Counted from the whole stretch's first letter, positions 1 to 14,251 are shown. The stretch is DNA of 63,876 nucleotides, filler included, from Octopus bimaculoides (GCF_001194135.2; 4 parts of 4 records of this genome joined end to end with filler, not necessarily neighbours in it), one strand, 5' to 3'. Notes: generated by a model not told the origin, from the sequence alone. Numbers and translations are program-made.

Positions 1-53
<53 letters not shown>

Positions 54-60
54 CATATAT
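1..60. repeat. (CA)n/(TA)n microsatellite
   Basis: Direct dinucleotide runs. Confidence 0.95.
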
Positions 61-129
61 ACGACGGGCTTCTTTCAGTTTCAGTCTACCAAATCCACTC
101 ACAAGGCTTTGGTCGGCCCGAGGCTATAA
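58..129 (-). mobile_element. tRNA-derived SINE (family A), partial
   Basis: Matches the acgacgggcttctttcagttt...ggcccgaggctata segment of the copies at 17997-18155 and 56065-56230. Confidence 0.85.
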
Positions 130-1496
130 TATATATATATATATATAACAGAGTATTAAAGGTTTAAGTGAGTTTAGTAAGCCCTACCAAAATTTTGAAC
201 CAAAAACGAACTAAATGTATCTACCGTATCTAGTAAGCCTACGTCGTCTCTGTATAATGCATAGCGGATTCCTTCATCGTTATTTCCGTTATTGACTGCT
301 TTCCGTGCCAAATCTGGTCCACCCTAGAAGGCGTCATTCTTGACACCTACCAGAAAACATCTTATATTTTATGTAAGGGCAGTCGAACATCTGTCTCTGT
401 ATAATGTGACGGAAAACAGTGTTGATTGATATAAAACAAAACTTTTTATAAGTTTATTAAATAATAATGTCATTTTAACACATCTAGATCAATTTCAATA
501 CAAACGTGTTGTGTTTTTAGCCAGTTAACTACTAAAATATTTAATGTACCACCCATATAATTAGGTCATTATACTGTAAATAAAATACAACTTTGTTTCA
601 TTGTTATAAAAATAACTTGAAGAAAATTACTTTCCACTAGATGTGTCATGAGGAGTGATTAAAGCATTCTGTGAAATCGACCTTAGTGAAACGGTATTTT
701 TCGTCTACACATTTCGTTCAATGTAGTAAAGACGAATCATATTTGGAGCAAAAATGAACTAAGCCGGGCATGGGCCGTATGAGACGTGACTGATCATTAG
801 GTAACCTATGACTGATCTAAACTTGTTTCAGCGTTCATAACTGCCATGGTTGACCCAAGAATTGCATCTTACACCGTACAAAACCTATATATAATGGAAA
901 AGAAACTCACTGACACTTTGGTCTTGATCTTCTGCAAACATAATGCTAGAGACATGCAGGAAGAAAATGCTGGAAAGTAACTGAATACTATTCAACTGTC
1001 GTATGCTAAACTTCGTTGAAAAATTGAGGATAACTTTGAAAATCAAAGAGGTTCTGTTGGGTGTCTTTACTTTCTAAATTGACAACTTCACATATAATTT
1101 CACACCTGGTAGCTTGTATTCTAAGATACGCAGAGGATTTAAACTTTAAAGAAGAATTCTTGGTTACTTAAACCCTGGAAAGTAAAACAACGAGAGAAGG
1201 GATAAAATTGTATTTAGTATCTTTGGAAAAGAAGGTCATTCTTGAAAATTGCTAATCTGAATCACCTAATGATGGGTCTCCTGCCGACTCTGAATTGTGC
1301 GGTTGGTTTCATAGAAAGAGGCACAAATTTAAAATATTGAGACAGAGTTCATGCATAGTAAAATCTGCATGTACGTTGATACAACAAACATAAATATACT
1401 TGTCTCTAGACGACTAAATTTGAGAAAATGAAGCTTCCTGTCCAACCACTATAGCTCTGAAATCTGTTCCCGATTATAACATATATATTCCTTTAT

Positions 1497-1697
1497 TCTT
1501 TTACTTGGTTCAGTCATACTGGAGCACTGCCTTGAAGAGTTATAATCGAATGAATCGATCCCAGCGCTTATTTTTTAAAGCCTTGTACTTTTGTCGAACC
1601 GCTAAGTTACGGGGCTGGCCCGAGGCTATAGTAGAAAACACATGCCCAATGTGCCACGCAGTGCGACTGAACCCCGTACCATGTGGTTGGAAACTGA
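1497..1697 (-). mobile_element. Internally deleted composite SINE (family A head fused to family C tail)
   Basis: C-tail motif aaccgctaagttacgggg joins directly to A-head motif ggcccgaggctatagtaga; compare the intact copy at 55815-56230. Confidence 0.75.
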
Positions 1698-2183
1698 TCT
1701 TCATTTTCTCAAATTTAGACATTCTAAAGGCAAGTATATTATGTTTGTTGTATCAATAATTAAATCCTGTGAAGAGAAATTTTTGCTTCACAGAGAAAGG
1801 TGATAATTTCCATGGGTTAACACGATAGCTCGTGTTGTGCTGAAGGCAGAAGAGCTGAAAGGCTTGTTTCCATGAATGGATAATAAATCAATCAAATTTG
1901 AAGATAATCCCCCAGAGAAATATAAATACAGAAATAAATAAATAAAAAGATAGATAAATAATTAAATAAAAGATGTAAATGTGGAAATGCTAACCTATGT
2001 GAATATGTATTCTAAAAGAATACAGTCAATACGGCATTTTAAAGCAACATGTTATTGCTGTAGACTTCGTCAACGAATGAAATTCATTTAGAATAAAACT
2101 TGAACCAAATAAATGAAAAGCTGCATAGGTTATTTTTGAGAGAATAAGTGTAAACATTACATTATAGTGAGTAACTGTTACTG

Positions 2184-2370
2184 ATTTCAAAATTTGGCAC
2201 GAGGCCTGAAATTCGTTGTGATGTTGGAGGGTAGTCGATTAACTAGACCCTAGTACTCAGCTGGTGCATTTTTTATCGACCGCGAAAGAATGAAAGGGAA
2301 TCGATCTCGGCAGACAAAATACCACTACGCGTTTTGCCCGGCTTGATAACGATTCTCTCAGCTCGCCGCC
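2184..2370 (-). mobile_element. tRNA-derived SINE (family B), degenerate
   Basis: Reverse complement of the family B motifs ggcgagctg...ctttcatcctttc...gtcgataaaa...ccttgtgccaaa. Confidence 0.75.
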
Positions 2371-2747
2371 TTGCAAGTAGTAAATATTAATGAAGTCAAT
2401 GTGTTAGCGCAGAACTATTTTATTTCACAGTGTGATGAATTACATTTCTATTTTCTTGATATTAGCGAATTACGTTATCAACTCATTCTAAATCCCTTTA
2501 GAATTAATCCTAAATCAGTTCCAGACATTCTGCAAAATGAATACGTAGAAACTGTAACTCTGCAACGAAAAATATTTTCAGTGCTTCGTTGCCAAAATGT
2601 TTGTGTTCCATGGGGAACAATTACTCATCTGACTTTAAAAATGCAAGGCATCGTGTTTGGCTCCTCCCATGCATTTAACCTTGTGAAAAAGGATTTTAAA
2701 TCATATATCATACAAAACTCAGCTGAGTGTGATACGCTGGTGATATT

Positions 2748-2823
2748 GATATTCGTATCAGCGATATTCGTATCAGCGATATTCGTATCAGCGATATTCG
2801 TAATCAGCGATATTCGTATCAAC
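2748..2823. repeat. 15-bp minisatellite (gatattcgtatcagc) x5
   Basis: Five near-perfect tandem units; they produce the IFVSA repeats in ORF 2371..2865. Confidence 0.95.
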
Positions 2824-4074
2824 GATCAGGATGCAGTTGTTATTGTTGTTGCAATTCTATGGTAACTTTCATCACTTAGAGGGTAATTTTTCAGTCCATG
2901 GAAAGATTTCTGTTCAATTTTATTTCTTTATATATATTTGCCTTTAGTTTCTTTTAGCATTTCTGTTTCATGATGCTCACACTCTTAGAAGTCATGAGCC
3001 CGTAAAGCTTATTCCGACCCAAACAAAAACCAGACTCTGCCTTTTGTTGAGCACGGACAAACCAACATGTGTAATAAGAAAGTTATATGAATAGAAACAA
3101 TTTCATGTCCATCGGACGCATCAAAGATAAATTTGGTAATATCAAATCGCTGCATTCGTCTTTTTTCTTAAAAATAGGATGCATAAAGGACAAAATGTAG
3201 TCACTATTTGGCAGAAAGCTTCGTTTGATATTAATAGACCTTCTTTCAAAAGAAGATCGTGGAACATTGAAGTGTAATCAACGCTGTCGAATGGAATAAA
3301 TGCGAGTTGCTTTTTATTTTCAACACTGCTGAACTACAAAAGTGGAATGTTGTAGCTCCAGACCAAATTATGTCAGCCTGTACATAAACACAATTTTTCT
3401 AACCGTACCGAAATTATCTTTGACATAAATTAAGGACAGACGCTTTGTTTTTCTGGTTCGTCAGTGTAATTAGGGACTGGATTTTCCTGAGGGATTTAAA
3501 TTTTTCTTGCTTTGTGGCTAGCTTGTTATTTCAACGATTATTATAATGTATATGGTACTTTTCAAGTTTGTCACTATATTGTTCAAAATATTATTTCAAG
3601 TGCCATCGCTTATGTGGTAAAAATTCGAGGTTTCCGACACATCCTCATTCAGCTACGAGTATTAAGAACAGTATCCATTTAAGTGCGACAGATGACAAAC
3701 ATCTACCTTACACACATTATCTAGATTCTAGAATCATTCAATTCCTTTCTTCGCGGGTGATGTGTACAGTTGCATTCTACTGGCGATAAAAGCGCAAATG
3801 ATAAATTACTACCAGAAAGAAAAGGAAACAAGAGCTGAGAGGCTGTTGCAAAAAGCTCATGTTGCCGTAACTGAAGACTATATAAGGAATATGCTTAGTC
3901 AAACCACATCATCGATAATTACTAGAAAGCCTTTGATGATGACATCCACACAGATTTCCTGGAAGAAACATTGACCCTGAGAAAAGCAATAATAAACAAA
4001 TACATCAAACATGTCAGAGGTAAATAAAAAATGACAAAGTCCATAAAAACTATATAAAAACAAATCCAGGAAAA

Positions 4075-4405
4075 TCAGGGTGGAGAGAGAAGTGCTGCTT
4101 TCCAAGCAATTTGTTGAACGGTGTGTGCGAGAAGTGAGGATCGGTCAAATGAATGGGTCAACAGATTGCAGAGGAAAGACTGGGAGAGGACACCCTGGCA
4201 ATCAGGGTGACAATGGATTTTGTAGGCTTTCTCCGTGTGTGATCATCGGAAGTCCCCCTCCCCTATTGGACAATTTACTTTGTTTTAATTTCTTTTATTC
4301 GTTACATGACTTTTTTCGTACTAAAACCCACACTATGCTTCTCTGTGCCGTCTACACCGTCCTTAATATGTTTCTCCATGTAAGCCTTTGGTGGCTAATA
4401 AACAA
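4075..4405 (+). mobile_element. L1/Tx1-like LINE 3' end fragment
   Basis: RVEREVLLSKQFVERCVREVRIGQMNG aligns with RVERKVLSNEDFLKRWVNVARIERMND of 9921..10310; ends in tgtaagcctttggtggctAATAAA. Confidence 0.65.
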
Positions 4406-4429
4406 ATTATTATTATTATTGAGTATAAA

Positions 4430-4588
4430 TATATATATATACACACACACACTCACGCGCGCGCGCACAACGTCTAGATGTAATTCTCCATCATTCTCCA
4501 TCACCATTCTCTCTCACCCTGTAGACAAACGTATACATACACACACACCCATATATACATGCATACATACACACATATATTTATATTC

Positions 4589-4657
<69 letters not shown>

Positions 4658-4830
4658 CTTACGTTCATACATACATGCATTCATACATACACACATACAC
4701 ACGTACATTCAAACATAGATACACACATACATACATGCATACATACATACATACATACATACATACGCACATACATAGATACGTACATATATACATACAT
4801 ACAAATATATATATATATATATTTATGTAT
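4430..4830. repeat. Compound (TA)n/(TACA)n/(CA)n microsatellite
   Basis: Direct sequence; explains the YIYI/HTY ORFs. Confidence 0.95.
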
Positions 4831-5595
4831 AACTCATTCCAAGCAGTTTCATAATTATGTGTTGCCGGGCCACAGAAGTTAGCAATTGTTCAAATTTCAG
4901 GTGAAAGGTCGATATACAGAGAGGAAGCTGGCGCCATTTATATGACATTAACTTCTGTGATCCAGAAACAACAGTAATAGTAATGACAACAACATTAATA
5001 TATATTCTTAGCTCGTTTTCTTTCCATCTTCAACAACAACAACAACAGCAGCAGCAGCCATATCAACAACAACAGCAATAAAAACAACACCACCACCATC
5101 AACAATAACAAATCCTAATTATTTCTGTATTCGTATATTTTAGTATGATATATANNNNNNNNNNNNNNNNNNNNNNNNNNNNNNNNNNNNNNNNNNNNNN
5201 NNNNNNNNNNNNNNNNNNNNNNNNNNNNNNNNNNNNNNNNNNNNNNNNNNNNNNNNNNNNNNNNNNNNNNNNNNNNNNNNNNNNNNNNNNNNNNNNNNNN
5301 NNNNNNNNNNNNNNNNNNNNNNNNNNNNNNNNNNNNNNNNNNNNNNNNNNNNNNNNNNNNNNNNNNNNNNNNNNNNNNNNNNNNNNNNNNNNNNNNNNNN
5401 NNNNNNNNNNNNNNNNNNNNNNNNNNNNNNNNNNNNNNNNNNNNNNNNNNNNNNNNNNNNNNNNNNNNNNNNNNNNNNNNNNNNNNNNNNNNNNNNNNNN
5501 NNNNNNNNNNNNNNNNNNNNNNNNNNNNNNNNNNNNNNNNNNNNNNNNNNNNNNNNNNNNNNNNNNNNNNNNNNNNNNNNNNNNNNNNNNNNNNN

Positions 5596-5665
<70 letters not shown>

Positions 5666-5819
5666 TACACATACACACACACATGCATACATACATTTGA
5701 AATACAACACATTTACGTGTATATGTAAAATATGTATGCATCTATTTGTGTATGTGTAAATGTGTATATAGAATAGTAGCCGTCCTTGCCGCGAAAATAC
5801 AATCATTGTTCTTGCTGCT

Positions 5820-6300
<481 letters not shown>

Positions 6301-6627
6301 CTGCGAGCACCCGAATACCTCTACTTAACACAATACAACACTTCATCATCCGGATATCCCCCTACTTACCTCCGTCCGGTATCATATACTTCATCCTTCA
6401 ATTATCTCCACGTTCTAGTCACATAGTCACACCTACTGTCACGTGTCACCAATCTTGTCGAGATATCTGACTCAAATGATCAAGTTCTTACTTTCGCCGG
6501 TAAGTAAGAAAATGACTCAAAGCTGGACCGACATTTTATTCTACCGTTTCTTTCGAATACTTCCGCTGTTTCAAATTCGGAAGAAAATTCTAAGCATAAA
6601 AGAATACGGTTAATAATGTACGGCATA

Positions 6628-7010
6628 TATTGGTTTCAAGTTCTGGCGCGAGGCCAGTAATTTCGAGAAAGATAGTACTTATTTTATCGACTGCGGAATC
6701 TGAACTCAGAACCTAAAGGCAAACGGAATGTCACTGACCATTTTGTCCAGCCTGCTTACGATCCTGCCATCTCACCGTCTTATGTACAGTAGACATCGGC
6801 TTCAACTCTTAGCAAAAGGCCAGCAATTTCGCGCGAAGGGCTAAGCCGATTAGATCGACGTCAGTCCTCTATTGTTACGTATTTCATTGATTCGGATCTC
6901 TGAAAGGCAAAGTCAATCTCAGCGAATTTTGAACTCAGGACGTAAAGACCAACGGTGTACTGCTAAGCGTTGCGACCGACGTGCTAACGATTCAATCAGC
7001 TGATCGCCTT
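6628..7010 (-). mobile_element. Two adjacent degenerate family B SINE copies
   Basis: Two occurrences of ggccagtaattt / ggccagcaattt...gaactcag...acgat(t/c)c in reverse orientation. Confidence 0.7.
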
Positions 7011-7800
7011 TTGTGCCCTATGTATAAAAAAAATACATATTTATGTTACAGACATAGCGAATTTGATGGTATATAAGACAGACTTTCTTTTCCCCTTAAA
7101 ATATATCAAAATATCTTACTGATTTCTCTCCGAAAATATGTCTCTCATAAGCAAATTTTGTCCCTGGCGCTCTTTCCTCAGAATATGTGCTGCTGAAATT
7201 GGGAGTATCCACTATGCCCGTACATCTTTTCTTTTTTTCTTATCACAGCCATGCGACTGTGGTCATGTTGGAAGTATATAAATTTTATTGAAGAAGGATT
7301 TTTGTGGGTGCTGGTGGTGGTGAAAACCTATGATATACACCATAAGTTTTGACAAACTGGCCGAGGAATCGGTAAAACCGAATTAAACGGCGTTCTGTTT
7401 TTCTGTTCTTCAGTTTCCTTTTAATTCGTCAGTTATGCCAAAAATGTAGCAGTATATACCTGGAAATTCTGCTTGCCTTACAAATTCTCTTCAATTTGCT
7501 CTCATTTACTCTGTCAGCTTGAGGTCCGAACGATTCTGTTAATATGGAGGGCATGTCATAGATGAGTTTGCAGAAGTTAACACAAGGACTTTAACAAATA
7601 CAACTCATTGATTGGTTGACTGAACTATCATTTAAACAAATTGACTAATAAAAGAAATGAAATAAATCAGTGCGTGTGTTTATTATTGGCATAATGACCC
7701 TTCGCAGATACAACAAATTTTGTCTGAACGCATGAGTTCACATGAAAAACATTGGAAACAAAATATAAAGCTTTCTGTTGTTAATAATATATTAAAGTTA

Positions 7801-8003
7801 AGGCTACGAGCTGGCAGAATTGTTAGCACGCCGGGCAAAATGCTAAGCGGCATTCCGTCCGGCAATACGTTCTGAGTTCAATCCACCGAGGTCGACTTTC
7901 CCTTTCATCCTCTCAGGAACGATAAAATAAGTACCAGTTGAACACTGCAGTTGGTGCAATCGAACTACTTCTTCCCCAAAATGCTGGTCTTGAACCAAAA
8001 TTT
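7801..8003 (+). mobile_element. tRNA-derived SINE (family B)
   Basis: gagctggcagaattgttagcacgccgggc head, gagttcaatcc B-box-like, ccctttcatcc...gataaaataagtaccag central domain. Confidence 0.85.
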
Positions 8004-8027
8004 TATAGTAATAATATATTGAAGTAA

Positions 8028-8065
8028 TAGATGACATCATTGACCAAGCAGTGGATGGCAACGTC
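8028..8065 (+). ncRNA. Possible highly degenerate hammerhead-like motif
   Basis: TAGATGA-CATC...GATG-GCAAC-GTC: stem II intact, but three core mismatches and no stem I. Confidence 0.25.
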
Positions 8066-8362
8066 GGATAAACATGTAGTAATAATTAGTTAATTTTCTT
8101 TATGGTTTCAGTCCAAAATCCCAACGAGTCTTTTAATTGGCCGGGTCGATAAAATTAAGTACCAGGAAATCTCCGAAATCTATTAAATTTACTGTCCATT
8201 TTGCATAAATTATTTGCTTCTCTGATTATATTCACAAGCAGCTTCGAACAAAATGTTGTGGGGGTTATTATGGTAAAGAAGTTTGTGCTTTAATTTCGAG
8301 GTGGGATGCGTGTAGTGGTGTGTTTCGTATTAGGCGAAGGCAAAACACTCATTGAAGATGTG

Positions 8363-8714
8363 GTTGGTTGGCACTCCGTCAGTTACGACGACGAGGGTTC
8401 CAGTTGCGTGCAAGTGGCTGAGCACTCCACAGACACGTGTATCCTTAACGTAGTTCTCGGGGAGATTCAGCGTGACGCAGAGTGTGACAAAGCTGGCCCT
8501 TTGAAATACAGGTGCAACAGAAACAGGAAGTAAGAGTGAGAGTAAGTTGTGGTGAACGAGTACAGCAGGGTTCGCCACCATCCCCTGCTGGAGCCTAGTA
8601 GAACTTTAGGTGTTTTCGCTCAATAAAGACTCACAACGCTTAGTCTGTGAATCGAAACCGCGATCCTACGACCGGGAGTCCGCTGCCCTAACCACTGGTC
8701 CATTGCGCCTCCAC
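8363..8714 (-). mobile_element. tRNA-derived SINE (family D)
   Basis: Minus strand begins ggaggcgcaatg...gtggttagggcagcggactc...ggtttcgattc (A/B boxes); highly similar to 63041-63430. Confidence 0.9.
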
Positions 8715-9199
8715 CATTGAAGATGTAAATAATCCTTTACAAGGTAATAATTTTGTACTTGCTGTACTATGATATAATCTAGTAGTAAATGACGTGAAGT
8801 TGTAGTATTATGCATAGGATCAGCATAAACTTTGTATGCCTATACTTATGGCAGAATATAACCTTCAGCGAGATCTCATTGGTTATCAGACTTCGCGATT
8901 CAAGTTTAAATTGACATACAATTGCATAACTCTGGAATCGATAAAACAATTATCATTTGAAAATCGACTCATTCACATCACGATATTTACAGATTTTAGA
9001 TGTATATAAATGTTTAAAAGTAACATATCACTAAGTGTAGTCGAGGCTAGTGCACTGTACTATAGGATTTAGTTATGTTCTTTCGCAATTTAATTTCAGT
9101 TTCTGCTGACCTAAACGTTCAGCGAAATATAGAGATCGAAAAATCGCTCGGAGGTTTTCTTTTGCGCATGCTCACTACTTCTATTTGTTAGTGCAACTG

Positions 9200-9284
<85 letters not shown>

Positions 9285-9794
9285 CACACACTACGTTTTT
9301 GGTCCCCCTGAGTTTACTAATATGACTTGCTTTCTATATCGTGTCTATGTATAAGCTTTTTATCTTTCTATAATTTTTACTTAGATTTCTTATATAGTTT
9401 TTTAATATTTTTTACATAATTATAGAGTTAATGTTTTGTATTTTTTCCGCACATATTTTTTACTGTTTTCTCCCCTCCATACAGCATTGATATTGCTCTT
9501 TCTTCTACTTCAATTATTACATAGTTTTCCTTCTAAAAATGCACACATACAGGAGGAGTAAATTATAAGAATGCATTCAATGTGGCTCCCGATAAACAGT
9601 AAAAGTAATTACCCGATCGATGATGGGTTTTACTGCTAGTATATATTCATATATAAACCTAATTATTTATGTTCATCTAGCTAATATAGTTTTTACTTGG
9701 CAACAACGTAATAAGTAAAACGTTTAATCGTGTTTGATTTCGTTATTCTATCTTTTAACGTTTCAAAATATGGCTGATAATGAATTATGACGTA

Positions 9795-10620
9795 ACACTT
9801 CAGAACAACTTTCGGGCCAGGATCTATAGACAATTCCTAGAGATCCCTAGCCTGGCAGTGCTATTGGGGACCATTGCCCGCTGGAGACAAGGTCTACGGA
9901 CACGGATCAAGAAACACTGAATGGACCTTTCCGAGAAGCAATGTCCAAATATTTCAGACCTGTGGATCTATGTCGAACAGCTGCTGTCAAGTGTGGGACG
10001 AGTCTTGTTGTCAGCCGAGTCTATCGTAAATATTGCCCCGCCACTTTCCTTTAACCGGAAAGGCAAGGCAGTTTTCATCATACTGGTGGGTATGGCGAAA
10101 GAATGTGTATGGCGGACTCACTTGAAAGGCTTAAAGACAAATACCTTCCACCCTGACCAACCTCTCATTAACATTTTCAAGCATTACTTGAAAAGGAAGA
10201 TGAGAGTAGAGAGGAAAGTTTTGTCTAATGAAGATTTCCTTAAAAGGTGGGTGAATGTAGCAAGGATAGAACGCATGAATGACGAACCCATTTTAAGCAT
10301 AAACCTATAGAACAAAAAGACAAAGGGCGCTTTGCTCCCATAGTTTTTTCCGTGTTTTTTTTCCGCAGGCTTTTTTTTTCCACGGATAACCCTAGTCAGT
10401 GTTTTATTTTCTTCCCCTTTTAGGAATTTCAGTTGTTAAAACGACACTTTGTTATCCTTTGTGTACACATCCCAAAACGTTTTCGGTCTCTATTTATCGG
10501 TTTCGAAAAGAAAAATTCTACATTGTATTATCCCTTGTATGTCCAACTCTGCTCACCTTAATAAAGAAATCTATATACTCCAGCAAATCACGTTACATGA
10601 CAGTCTTACAAAGAAAGATA
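9795..10620 (+). mobile_element. L1/Tx1-like LINE, 5'-truncated, ORF2 C-terminus plus 3' UTR
   Basis: Decayed RSLAWQCY...HGSR...QCP (zinc-knuckle region) followed by ORF 9921..10310, a T-rich 3' UTR and AATAAA near 10560. Confidence 0.7.
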
Positions 10621-10949
10621 CAATAAATAATATGGTCGATGGTCACTGTAACAAGTTAAAACGGTAGAAATATTGCTGCTGAGATTCTAGGTCCGCCTTG
10701 ATTGAATTTGATCTTTAGGGTTAACCTAGGGCTAATCAACAATCGCTGTCACGCTGCTGGTATGTACCAACGTAGTAAATTACCTATTGCTGCAGAGTGA
10801 AATCTTTGCTGCTTTCTGATAATTTGGTCTCTGAGTTGAAGACACTTACCTTACATCCCTAATGAAAACGGTATGGACATTAAACAGTCAATTTCGACTT
10901 TTCTCTGTAGTTAGAGTCTTATGTGTGTATGTCTCTAATTAACCGAACT

Positions 10950-10996
<47 letters not shown>

Positions 10997-12747
10997 NNNN
11001 NNNNNNGAGAGAGAGAAAAAGAAAGTGGCTTTCTTCTAAGTTTTATACCTACAAATATTAAATTTTACATTTTATGCTCTCTGTCGCTTTAGGAGCAATA
11101 ACAAAGCAGTCAACAATGAACTTAGTTCAATTCAGTCGACTGTTACCCATTTTCTAGAGAAATATTTGGCGGTTTGCCTGGTGAAAACGAATCAAAATTA
11201 ATTTAAATCTATAATTAACTTATTATACTGAAACTGTAAAATTACCGTGACAGCTATTATATATTAAATAATTTGTTCTTGGCATTGAATTCCCTTCATG
11301 TATGATAATCAAATTCGCCTATGCTAGAACTTGTATTAAAAAATATTATCCTTCCTTTGTGTGTGTCGTTACTGAACAAGTCAACTTTTGGTAAATATTT
11401 GTAATGAATTTTCGATTTCTACTTTAGAAGTTGCTAGATATTTTTATCGTGGACTTTCTTTGCAGAAACAGTCGAATATTAGACTAAAAACCTAGCTATA
11501 TTTAATTACGTCTGTTTAAATTCTGACTGCAATTCCCATTGGGATTAATTTTGCATTTCATCCTTGCGCGGTCGATCAGATATGTGATAGTGAAGTCTTA
11601 GGGGATCAGTTACATCGACAAAACGATATCTCAAAATGTTTAACTTCGATAAACTTAGAATTCATTAGTATCACTATTCCTAAACTATTGATAATATTAT
11701 TTTTAGTTACGCGTAGTTTCAGAAATACATTAAGAATTTCCTTTGTTCAAAACGAATTAGGTGCGTCTTAGAAAAACCTGCGTAAAACTGTTCAAGATTA
11801 ACAGATACTGAATAAGAATACTTCAACAATGTTTACATATAGTGATACTACTATTTTTCTACCATCTATCTATGTCTGTCCTTAGAAATAATCTCTCAAT
11901 ATATTTACTGAAGTAATTGTGTATCATTCTATATATAAAAGTTATAACCAGATGATGGACAAACTACTTAAATAGCACAATCTATTAAAAAAAAAATTCA
12001 ATAGCTAATTCGCTATAATTCTTTAGCTATTATAATAATTAGGTATTAATATGTCGATAATTGGTGCACTAGGATAATTGGTAATTTTTATCATGGAAAA
12101 TTATGTAAGCATTGTCATGTTTCTTCTATTCATGCTATAGATAAAAATATGCAAAGTGGCTTTTTAACGTTTTCGTTTTTGAAGCATATTTTCTGATTCA
12201 GTGCATTGTTTCTGAAATAATCTATACAAACGATATCTGTTATTATATATTTTGGGTGAATTCCGATATTCTTTTCACTATATCTAATAGTGATAGCCTG
12301 TTTTGTTTTGTACTACGGAAGTAGTTGCTTCTGTTACCAATCGGTTTTTTTCATAGGAAGCATTCAGTTCGTTGATGTCTTCGTTATGCAAATTTATGAT
12401 TTTGTGGTTATTTTTTATCTTATATTTTTACTTGCTTCAATCATTGGACGGTGGTCATGATGGAGCAATGCCCAGAATAAATTGTTTAAACGATCACATC
12501 GACCTCAATATTTATTTTAAGTCTGGTGCATATTCTATAGTATTCTGAACATCTAATTTGCATGGACGTAACAAAACCAAAACTGTTTGTCATGCAACGT
12601 CAGCAACGAGCACAAAATTACACATACATAGATATATACATATACAATGGGCTATCACACAGCTTCTCTTTACCGAGGGGCACGAGGGGAACTGAACTCG
12701 GAACCACATGATTGCAAACCTTGCCTCTTAATGTCACGGCCATGAAG

Positions 12748-12975
12748 AAGGTGGCGAACTGGCAGAAATGTTAGCACGCCGGGCGAAATACTTAGCGCTA
12801 TATCGTCTGCCGTTACGCTCTGAGTTCAAATTCCGCCGAGATCGACTTTGCCTTTCATCCTTTCGGGGTCGATAAATTAAGTACCAGTTACGCACTGGGG
12901 TCGATGTAATTGACTTAATCCCTTTGTCTGTCCTTGTTTGTCCCCTCTATGTTTAGCCTCTTGTGAGCAATAAAG
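12748..12975 (+). mobile_element. tRNA-derived SINE (family B) with alternative tail
   Basis: Family B head and core, then tail ttgtcccctctatgtttagcctcttgtgagcAATAAA. Confidence 0.9.
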
Positions 12976-13099
12976 TATTAAAAAACGTTAGCACGCTGTC
13001 AAAAGACAGATAAAGCAGTGGCGAAAGACCGCTTTACAATAAAAATGTTACATTTTCTTGAGAGAATTTTTGTTACTACGTGGATAATCGATTTGCTAG

Positions 13100-13680
13100 T
13101 TTCGTACAATCCTAATTAACAAGGCCTCTTGTTAGTTGGAAATATAATAGATAACATTGATTCCTGCAGATATAAACTGCTTCCTGATACCCTGTTGGCT
13201 TTTCCTATCTCCTTATGTTGATAATGCACAATGTACAGTAGTAATCCTTTTGTATAACGTGATGTATTTTATTTAAAAGTATTTCTAATGGTACAGTTTA
13301 CAGAATCTAGATTTAATTTCATTCAGTCCAATACCACAGATCCATATACTATGGACGACACTGCACTTGCGTTAATGAAGCATTTAACACGTTTGCTAAT
13401 TAGGTAGCAACAAAAGTATTATTTCTGGTTTTGTCAAAGTCTTCATTTTTATTCGCATACGCACAACTTTCATATAGTTTCATCAATGATAAAATCTTTT
13501 TTGGAAGGCCTGTCTGCATTCTCCCAGATAGAGTTCAAATCTTGTACTTGACCGAAATGAGTGCATCTATGCATTGCTTTCTTATTTTTCTCTCGTCCAA
13601 AACACATCATAGTATCTTCACTAAACTTCATACCAATACTGAAGTGACTTACCCAGAATATCATTCCAACGTATAATTAT
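13100..13680 (-). mobile_element. Degenerate CR1-like LINE RT C-terminal fragment
   Basis: MKFSEDTMMCFGREKNKK resembles the CR1 MKFNxxKCKVLHFGRKN motif; heavily decayed. Confidence 0.45.
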
Positions 13681-14104
13681 AGGCCGGCCATTAAGAATAG
13701 ATTTTGGATGCTCCTGTTCCTATCTCTGCCCCTTTCTACGTCATAATAAAAATTGCTTAGCTAATACAAAAGAAACGAGAATAGGATAAATAAAATCCTG
13801 ATACACGATCCCTTTGAAAAACTCCATGGCTATAGACACTCTAGTTAGACAGATTCATACTACGACTTTGTTTTAAGGGCATCTTTAAAATATACCGCAT
13901 CTTTTTAATTACCGTGTTAATGAAGTTCGCATCAACGTAATAGAATCGACGGAGCTCCAATATTTTTAGTTGGTCGTTTATCTGGAATGAAAATAAAAGC
14001 ACTCATGTAGTCAAGGCGGACAAATGACAGGATCTGTTGCGGTATCTTGATATACGCCCAGTAACATCCGAGTTGGGTTTTCGTTCCACTCTCTGCTTAA
14101 ATAT

Positions 14105-14251
14105 GTTGTACCGCTACCCCCTCCTCCACCACCCATACTACTACTACTACTACTGCCGACACCACCAGCACCAGCACCACCATCACCACCACCACCACCA
14201 CCACCATCACCACTACTACTGCTGCTGCTGCCACCGCCACTGCAACTACTA

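Noticed and set aside
2371-2865. 164-aa ORF with IFVSA repeats
   Set aside because: No recognisable domain or splice context; the repeat part is a 15-bp minisatellite in AT-rich DNA.
2880-3480. Possible hAT transposase C-terminal remnant on the minus strand
   Set aside because: Only vague similarity to the dimerisation motif; no consistent frame could be read.
3860-3910. CTGAAGACTA...TAGTCAAAC hammerhead-like pattern
   Set aside because: Lacks G12, stem III and stem I pairing; compatible with chance.
8640-8714. tRNA-like sequences at SINE heads (also 18100-18155, 53885-53975, 63350-63430)
   Set aside because: A/B boxes are present but run into SINE bodies without a complete cloverleaf; not functional tRNA genes.
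10715-10735. ttagggttaacctaggg telomere-like motif
   Set aside because: A single hexamer, not an array.
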